NCBI RefSeq assembly: GCF_001194135.2 | Contig: NC_068985.1 | Coordinates: forward strand, 118,680,695-118,723,776 | Length of the DNA: 43,082 bases | Source of the DNA: Octopus bimaculoides | Taxonomy: Eukaryota | Direction: 5' to 3' | In this document: positions 36,121 to 43,082 of the stretch, in pieces | Position numbering within the stretch: the stretch's first letter is position 1 | How the letters are laid out: every line of letters starts with the position of its first letter | Program-made: the position numbers and the translations under genes | Notes under the pieces: generated by a model | Database searches by the model: none | What the model was told of the DNA's origin: nothing | What the model saw: only the letters and a program-made list of their open reading frames with translations

Positions 36121-37343
36121 TTGATAATATCTGAGAGCAGTGTTTCTCATGTGAAGGTGTTAGGATCACAGTCATTAGTTCATAGGCTCAATTACTGGGT
36201 CAAGCAGTGTGATGTGTCTCTGAGCAAAGCACTTCATTTTATGTTGTTCTTATGCACTCAACTTAAAATGAATGCCAATTGCCCCTAGAGTTAAATCTAT
36301 GATAGACTGGCATCCTATCAATGGGAGGTCCTGCACTCTCAGCCTAAATGCCATGAAAATATGAACAATCCCCTGCCTTATGAGCCAGTTGGTTTGAGAC
36401 AGTTGGCTTTAGTGTTTCTTATAAAAAGACAGGGCTGTGAGGATTGAAAAGTCACATAGCCAAATTGCTATATTTAATATTAAGCTGGCTTACAAACAGG
36501 CTGTAACTTAAGACAGTATCATCATTATAATCATTATCACTTAATGTCTGTTTTCCATGCTGGCATGGGTTGGATAGTTTGACAAGAGCTGACTAGGCAG
36601 AAAACTGCACCAGGCTTCACTGTTTTGGCAGGGTTTTTACATGCCAAAACAGATCTTGCTGGTGTTGGTGACATGTAAAAAGCATTCAGTTGACTTCATA
36701 AGGTGGTTGGTGTTAGGAAGGGCATCCAGCTGTGTGTCTTAGAAATATAATGCAGCCTTAGAGACCTACTGTGGTCTTTGAAATACAACAAAGTTTTAGG
36801 AATCCACAGTAGTCTTTGGAACATATTTTTATCATAAATGAATATTTATCATTATCAGAACTACATAATGCCCCTATGAATTCTTCAACCAGCTGCTAAA
36901 TCTTAAATCTTACCCTACTATCTTAAATAAAGGAAACAGGCTTTAAGGGTGTTGCAGAAGGCCTGGTTGCAGATTCAATCTTCCAAGTTCTTTTACAGGG
37001 CTTAGAAAAACTGAAGGATGACTACAATAAGTGTGTGAGTCTGAGCGGGGAATATGTTGAATAAAATCATAATTAACTGATCCTCCTGTATTTTCTTTTA
37101 CCCAAACTCAGGAACTGTTCAGCACTCCCTTGTAGTCCTTGATATATACAAGTTAGCAGAATGGTTACAGCTGGAACACCTTTTATCATAAGCTTTTATC
37201 ATTTATCAGGTCAGACCTGGAGCCTGAACAACAACTTGATTCAAGTCCAAATTCTTAATAGTTCTTAAACATTTAAACACAGTTTTGCTAACAGTTATTA
37301 ATTTTTATATACAATACTTTTATTCTTCCTTTTCTTCTTTTAG

Positions 37344-37396
37344 AGGAAAAAAACCAAATTTAACTGTGCAGATTTCCTGACAGAATATCTGTATAA
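37344..37396 (+). CDS. IQCK: IQCK-like protein, coding exon C (phase 0 to 2)
   Basis: TTCTTCCTTTTCTTCTTTTAG acceptor and GTAAGT donor at 37397. Encodes RKKTKFNCADFLTEYLY, matching IQCK RKRTKFxxxDFLTExLY. Confidence 0.93.
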
Positions 37397-38179
37397 GTAA
37401 GTTAATTCAGATTTTAAGCTTGGCCAAACAGTTACTGTATTTTCATGTGTAATAGACATTTTTTTTTAATGTAAAAAAAATGATCGTGTGACTTCTGCAA
37501 TGTTGATTTTTCAGCCAGTGTACTTTTATAGCTTACACCATTGAAGTTCAAAGGTCATTTACGAATTTGCGTTATATAATTGTTTAGGATGCATGAACAA
37601 TTTCAAATGTATTTTATACAACAGTTATACATCTGATTAAACTCCCTTTTCCCTATATTATATTATTAAAGGTAGGTCAGTGCATATTATACATGAAAGA
37701 TATCTTCTCCCAGATTCCATTGACCATAATTATGGGTGTGCATTATTTACGAGTACATATTATAAATGGTAAAAAAAGCCAAACTTACTGTCATTGATTT
37801 GGTTTCCATGCCCATCCTCATCTATGGACATAAATGTTGAGTAATGAATTAAAAAAAAAAAGGTAAAGTTATGTTTTTGAGTCATGCCAACTCATAAGGG
37901 CTGGTTTCCTGGTTTCCATGGTGTATATATTCCCCACCTGGACAGGACACCAGTCTGTCGCAGGATTGCTCATTTTTGCCAGCTGAGTGGACTGGAGCAA
38001 TGCGAAATGAAGTGTTTTGCTCAAGAACACAATGCACTGCCTGGTTCAGGAATTGCAACCACACTCTTACAATCTTGAGTCCAACTAGGGTAATGACTGA
38101 AAGTGTATGATTATAAATATAAGTGGCCAAAACGGGGTTCCTCCAAAGGATCACTCAGCAGGGTGCTTAGATCGAAGAT

Positions 38180-38480
38180 CAGAAAGTCTCTCCAGGTCGA
38201 GATACTACTCCTCTCCATTGAGTGATCACAGCTCTGGTACTACAGACATGGAATTAAATTGTCACAGGAAAGAATTGCAAGACAGATTCAAGATGAGCTT
38301 ACTGGCAGAAGACGACGAGGTAGACTGATGATGTGGTGATTGAATAATATATCCATAGTCTTAGTTGGTTACACTTAGGAATCCAACCAGAAAGTGTAAT
38401 GAGAGATGCTTCGAATAAAATCGTATGGAGGAGGTGCCTGAGGACTCTACCCACCCATGACCATCCCAAGAATAATGAGT
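38180..38480 (+). mobile_element. Decayed RTE-LINE C-terminal fragment
   Basis: ELTGRRRRGRLMMW*LNNI resembles the RTE GRRRRGRPxxxW motif. A further RTE-like piece (ALKAEDIRRLERNETNML) lies at ~39900-39960. Confidence 0.5.
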
Positions 38481-39469
38481 GGAGAAGACGAATGGGTATT
38501 ATACATGAATAGATATAGTATTTTTTCAAAGAGTTATCTGTTTTAACCAAGTGTTGAAAAGCAGTATTGCAGTATTATGCAATGGCTTCTGTTAAGTGGT
38601 GGAGTTGTTTGGTGTTGCAAGCTCATTCTTTCAAAAGCATTCTTTCTAACTACTTCTATACATTTTGGCTCCTGAGCCATTGCTGCAGAAGCTGGAGTCG
38701 TTGAGGTCCATTGCTCGAACGGGGACAGTGAAGCATTATGTCAACATGCACAGATGACATCAGCATCATGGTGTTAGACACATTAGATATCAAGGTGGGC
38801 AGCACTGGTGGGCTTGCAGCTTGGCACCTGAAAGTGTAATCTGTCACTGAACGGATTCTCTAGTTAAAGTGCTCAGGATATGGTTCAGTCCAGAAACCCT
38901 GGTGCACAGGAACTGGAATGTGGTTATGAAGAAGGCAGTCAGGTTCACTCAGAGATGGGCTCAGAGGAAGCTAGCTACACCTGAATGGTCACAACAGTAG
39001 AGGCAAACACCTATATTGCTTCTCTAATTTATTATCTCCTGATCTTTGTGGCTTGTCTCACGCCATTTCTAACCAAATTGAATCATCTACTCTTCCATTT
39101 CTTATGGGAAGGCAAGATTTCATTTATCAAATAGTCAGTCTATTGCCAGCATTCTCTGTATGAAGGGGTTGGGATGCTATAGTCCATTAGATGTAAGTAG
39201 GTATTGAGGCCCATTAATCTGCAGAGATTTTGAGATGATGTGCATGAGAAGGGGGTCAGGGGTCACCATTTGTGAAGCACATTCTCACACAGTAGATCTC
39301 TTTGATTCACAGATGCATTGGATTTGCACATTTTGCACCTCCTCACAATCAGAGCAAGGTTGACATAGAAAGTAGACTTTGTGTGCAGTAGATGTACAGA
39401 AGCAATAAACTTGGGAAGTAGATTCTCTCAAATGCCTAGGAGGTTTCCTAAAGTTAGTAGTCAGTTTCT

Positions 39470-39705
39470 TATTACTTTATTGCCCACAAGGGGCTAAACA
39501 CAGAGGGGACAAACAAGGACAGACAAATGGATTAAGTCGATTACATCGACCCCAGTGCATAACTGGTACTTAATTTATCGACCCCGAAAGGATGAAAGGC
39601 AAAGTTGACCTCAGCGGAATTTGAACTCAAAATGTAACTGCAGACGAAATACTGCTAAGCATTTTGCCCGGTGTGCTAACGTTTCTGCCTGCTCACCGCC
39701 TTAGT
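39470..39705 (-). mobile_element. SINE family B
   Basis: Reverse complement of 20203-20435. Confidence 0.9.
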
Positions 39706-40149
39706 TAGTAGATAGTTTATGTTACCAAAGTGACCTAATTAGCAAGGGAGGAAGCTGTTCTAAAAAGTATAATTGCTAGAATAAGAATAGGCTGGCAAAA
39801 GTTCAGGGAATTATGTCCACTTTTGGTAAGAAATATTCTCTCCCTCAGAGTAAGAGGCGGAGTTCATTATGCTTGTGTATGAACAGTAATGGTAGTGAGA
39901 GATAAGCCTTGAAAGCAGAGGACATAAGAAGACTAGAAAGGAATGAAACTAATATGCTCTAATGAAGAGAAATGCCTTGTAGTATTTATTCCAGATTCCT
40001 TTTGTTCCAAGTTCAAATCCTGCCAAGGTCAATGCTGCTTTTCATCCCCACCAGGTCAATAAAACACCTGTCAAGTGCTGGGGTCAAGCATATCAACAAA
40101 TCCCTTCCCATCAAAAATCATTGACCTTTTGTCTAAATTAGAAACTACT

Positions 40150-40262
40150 GTTGTTGCTCTTCTTCTTCTTCTTCTTCTTCTTCTTCTTCTTCTTCTTCTT
40201 CTTCTTCTTCTTCTTCTTCTTCTTCTTCTTCTTCTTCTCATCATCATCATCATCATCATCAT
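40150..40262. repeat. (TTC)n-(ATC)n microsatellite
   Basis: Direct reading. Further trinucleotide tracts at ~40470-40530, 40940-41097 and 42700-43082. Confidence 0.97.
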
Positions 40263-40473
40263 CGTTATATTAAGGTGGCAAGCTGGACGGAATGTTTAGC
40301 AGTATTTTGCCTGTCCGCTATGTTCTGAGTTCAGATTCCGTCAAGGTCAACTTTACTTTTCATCCTTTTGGGGGTCGATAAAATATGTACCAGTTGAACA
40401 CTGGGGTCGATGTAATTGACTCATCCCCTTCCCCAAATCTGCTACCCTTGTAGCAAAATTTGAAACCATTCTT

Positions 40474-40504
<31 letters not shown>

Positions 40505-40959
40505 TTATTATTGTTATTATTATTTATTCCTCTTCTTCTTTCAATTTTGTTTACATTTCTTGCTGAGTGTCTTCTCGACACCCAGGGCAAAGAAATCCAC
40601 TGTATACATTGATAAGCCACGGATCTACTCTGAGTATGTTTTTCTGAATAAGAGTAAAGAAACTGGAAGATGGCACTTCCCATGCTGAGTAATCTAGAAC
40701 TTTTGCATGGGGTTTATCTTGAGTTACCCTTAGTGGACTGCCCCACTATTAGAGATTCTATTTATTTATTTATTTATTTATTATTTATTCCTCTAACTTC
40801 TGTTCATATATCCTTTGTTATATCCTTTAATGTTGTAGCGCCTCCCTTTGATCGATGTAAACCCTACCCGGTTTTTGTGTGGTACCTCATTGTTTGATAT
40901 TGTCCTCCATGTCTAGGGCCCTGGGAGTTAATAAAAGAAATCATCATCATCAGCATCAC

Positions 40960-40996
<37 letters not shown>

Positions 40997-41005
40997 GCTG
41001 TTGTT

Positions 41006-41052
<47 letters not shown>

Positions 41053-41116
41053 TATTATTATTATTATTATTAATGTTGTTGTTGTTGTTATTATTATCTT
41101 TATTTCATATTTCTAG

Positions 41117-41194
41117 GAACAATCCAAATTATAATGATCGGCAGGACATTACTTTGTGGGATATTCCATTTGTTAAGGAATGGCTTAAAGACCA
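41117..41194 (+). CDS. IQCK: IQCK-like protein, coding exon D (phase 2 to 2)
   Basis: TTTCATATTTCTAG acceptor and GTAAAT donor at 41195. Joins exon C as AA|G and encodes (K)NNPNYNDRQDITLWDIPFVKEWLKD + CA, consistent with the IQCK N-N-P...IPFV...L..HPRP context. Confidence 0.9.
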
Positions 41195-41249
41195 GTAAAT
41201 ATCAAATCTTATTTTTATAGTAATCTTTTTATTGTTGTAACTATTATTG

Positions 41250-41400
41250 TTGTGTCCTGTATTCTTTTCGGCATATCCCAGCATGTAACCTTGGAATTTA
41301 GTTAACAAGGCTGACAAAGGATTCACTGCCAGTACAAATAGCATTACAGATAGGCTATCACCCTGGAATATGCCTGTTGATAGCTTAATTCTGTTTGAAA
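41250..41400 (-). mobile_element. RLE-type (R4/NeSL-like) RT fragment
   Basis: NRIKLSTGIFQGDSLSVMLFVLAVNPLSALL is the GIFQGDSLSPxxF...NPLS RT motif, next to TAA/CAA repeats. Confidence 0.75.
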
Positions 41401-41527
41401 ATAGGTGTATGTATGTATGTATGCATGTATGTATGCATGCATGCATATGTGTGTGTGCATGTGTGTGTATGTGTGTATGTGTGTGTATGTGTGTGTGTGT
41501 GTGTGTATGTGTGTGCTACTTCACTGT

Positions 41528-42667
41528 CAAATCCTTCTCAGATCACACATACCAGTTTAAAGATTGGAAGGATGCATATTGGATAACGTAATCCTAAATA
41601 AGTCAAAAAAGAAGAACGATTAAGCAGCTAGGGCTGGGAAGCTTTTTGACCATAGGTCTGCTGAATCTCTGCTCTCTCCTCCTCCCTCTCTCCTCCTCCC
41701 TCTCTCCTCCTCCCTCTCTCCTCCTCCCTCTCNNNNNNNNNNNNNNNNNNNNNNNNNNNNNNNNNNNNNNNNNNNNNNNNNNNNNNNNNNNNNNNNNNNN
41801 NNNNNNNNNNNNNNNNNNNNNNNNNNNNNNNNNNNNNNNNNNNNNNNNNNNNNNNNNNNNNNNNNNNNNNNNNNNNNNNNNNNNNNNNNNNNNNNNNNNN
41901 NNNNNNNNNNNNNNNNNNNNNNNNNNNNNNNNNNNNNNNNNNNNNNNNNNNNNNNNNNNNNNNNNNNNNNNNNNNNNNNNNNNNNNNNNNNNNNNNNNNN
42001 NNNNNNNNNNNNNNNNNNNNNNNNNNNNNNNNNNNNNNNNNNNNNNNNNNNNNNNNNNNNNNNNNNNNNNNNNNNNNNNNNNNNNNNNNNNNNNNNNNNN
42101 NNNNNNNNNNNNNNNNNNNNNNNNNNNNNNNNNNNNNNNNNNNNNNNNNNNNNNNNNNNNNNNNCTCCCTCTCTCCTCCTCCCTCTCTCCTCCTCCCTCT
42201 CTCCTTCTCTCTCTCTCCTCCTCCCTTCCTCCCATCTTTCTGGTTTCACATGACAAAACATAACTCCAGACACAGAATATTATTCTATCAAAAACATTAT
42301 TACAAAACCAAAATGTTAGACTATTTCGCTAAAGGTATAAAATCCTCCAAAATCATTGTTTTGAAAAAAATTCTTGATGATGACGATGCGGATGATGATG
42401 TAGAGGTGGAGGTGGTAATGATGACATGGAAAATCACAGTAGTAGAGAGAATTGTGGTAGAGGTAGCTGCTGCTGCTACTGTTTAGCCCTAGGTTGGTGT
42501 TGTTTAGCCCTAGGTCAGACCAGACCTGATTCAGCAGACCTATGGTCAAAAAGCTTCCCAGCCCTAGCTGCTTAATCGTTCTTTTTTTTTTACTTATTTA
42601 GGATTACGTTATCCAATATGCATCCTTCCAATCTTTAAACTGGTATGTGTGATCTGAGAAGGATTTG
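41528..42667. repeat. Near-identical 140-bp inverted repeat pair flanking a CT-rich 14-mer minisatellite and gap
   Basis: 41528-41667 is the reverse complement of 42528-42667, differing only by a couple of substitutions in an A-run. Confidence 0.9.
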
Positions 42668-43082
42668 GCTGTAATTTCAAAGAGGTGAAAGTACCACAGA
42701 AAGGCCCCTACATTTGATGATGACAGTGAGATGGTAACGGTGGTGGTGGTGGTGGTAGTCATGGTGATGATGTAATGATGATGATGATGATGACTACAGT
42801 GATGACAATGACAATGATGATGACAACGATAATGATGATGATGATGTGATGGTGGTGGTGGCAGTGATGTAGGTGATACTGATGTTAATGATGATAATGA
42901 TGGTGTTGTAGGTGGTGGTGATGTTGAATTTAGTAAAAGTGTTTGTGATTATGGTGGTGGTGGTGGTGGTGAAGGTGGTGGTGGTGATGGTGGTGGTGGT
43001 GATGTAGGTGGTGGTGGTGGTGTTGGTGGTGGTGGTGGTAGTGGTGGTGATGTAGGTGGTGGTGGTGGTGGTGATGTAGGTG

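Noticed and set aside
38560-39450. GC-moderate stretch that might be coding
   Set aside because: No sustained ORF, recognisable motif or paired splice signals were found. It is probably an old unclassified repeat.

Overview
Eukaryotic, repeat-dense genomic DNA with microsatellites and 7 N-gaps. The SINE, RTE-tail and microsatellite landscape suggests an octopod cephalopod (inference). One host gene is supported: four phase-compatible + strand coding exons of an IQCK (IQ motif containing K) orthologue (6663-6902, 27566-27663, 37344-37396, 41117-41194), separated by introns of 20.7, 9.7 and 3.7 kb. Its first and last exons were not found. Nearly everything else is decayed transposable element sequence: three Penelope-like (RT/GIY-YIG) remnants, Tc1 (DD34E), a palindromic mariner derivative, a DD37D maT element, a full-span hAT, two Helitron-like elements, RTE, CR1/L2 and R4/Dong-like LINE fragments, three SINE families, a piggyBac-like MITE and an 8-bp-TSD MITE carrying (CCCTAA)n. 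Best second-look items: a near-canonical minimal type I hammerhead ribozyme in a Penelope tail (8731-8778, -), the telomere-repeat MITE (33202-33868), a tRNA-like Pol III unit (5353-5427, -), the double-5'-end mariner, and a CpG/NRF1-like cluster in IQCK intron 2 with a speculative antisense exon chain. TE boundaries without TIR/TSD support are approximate, and all assignments were made by eye without database searches.
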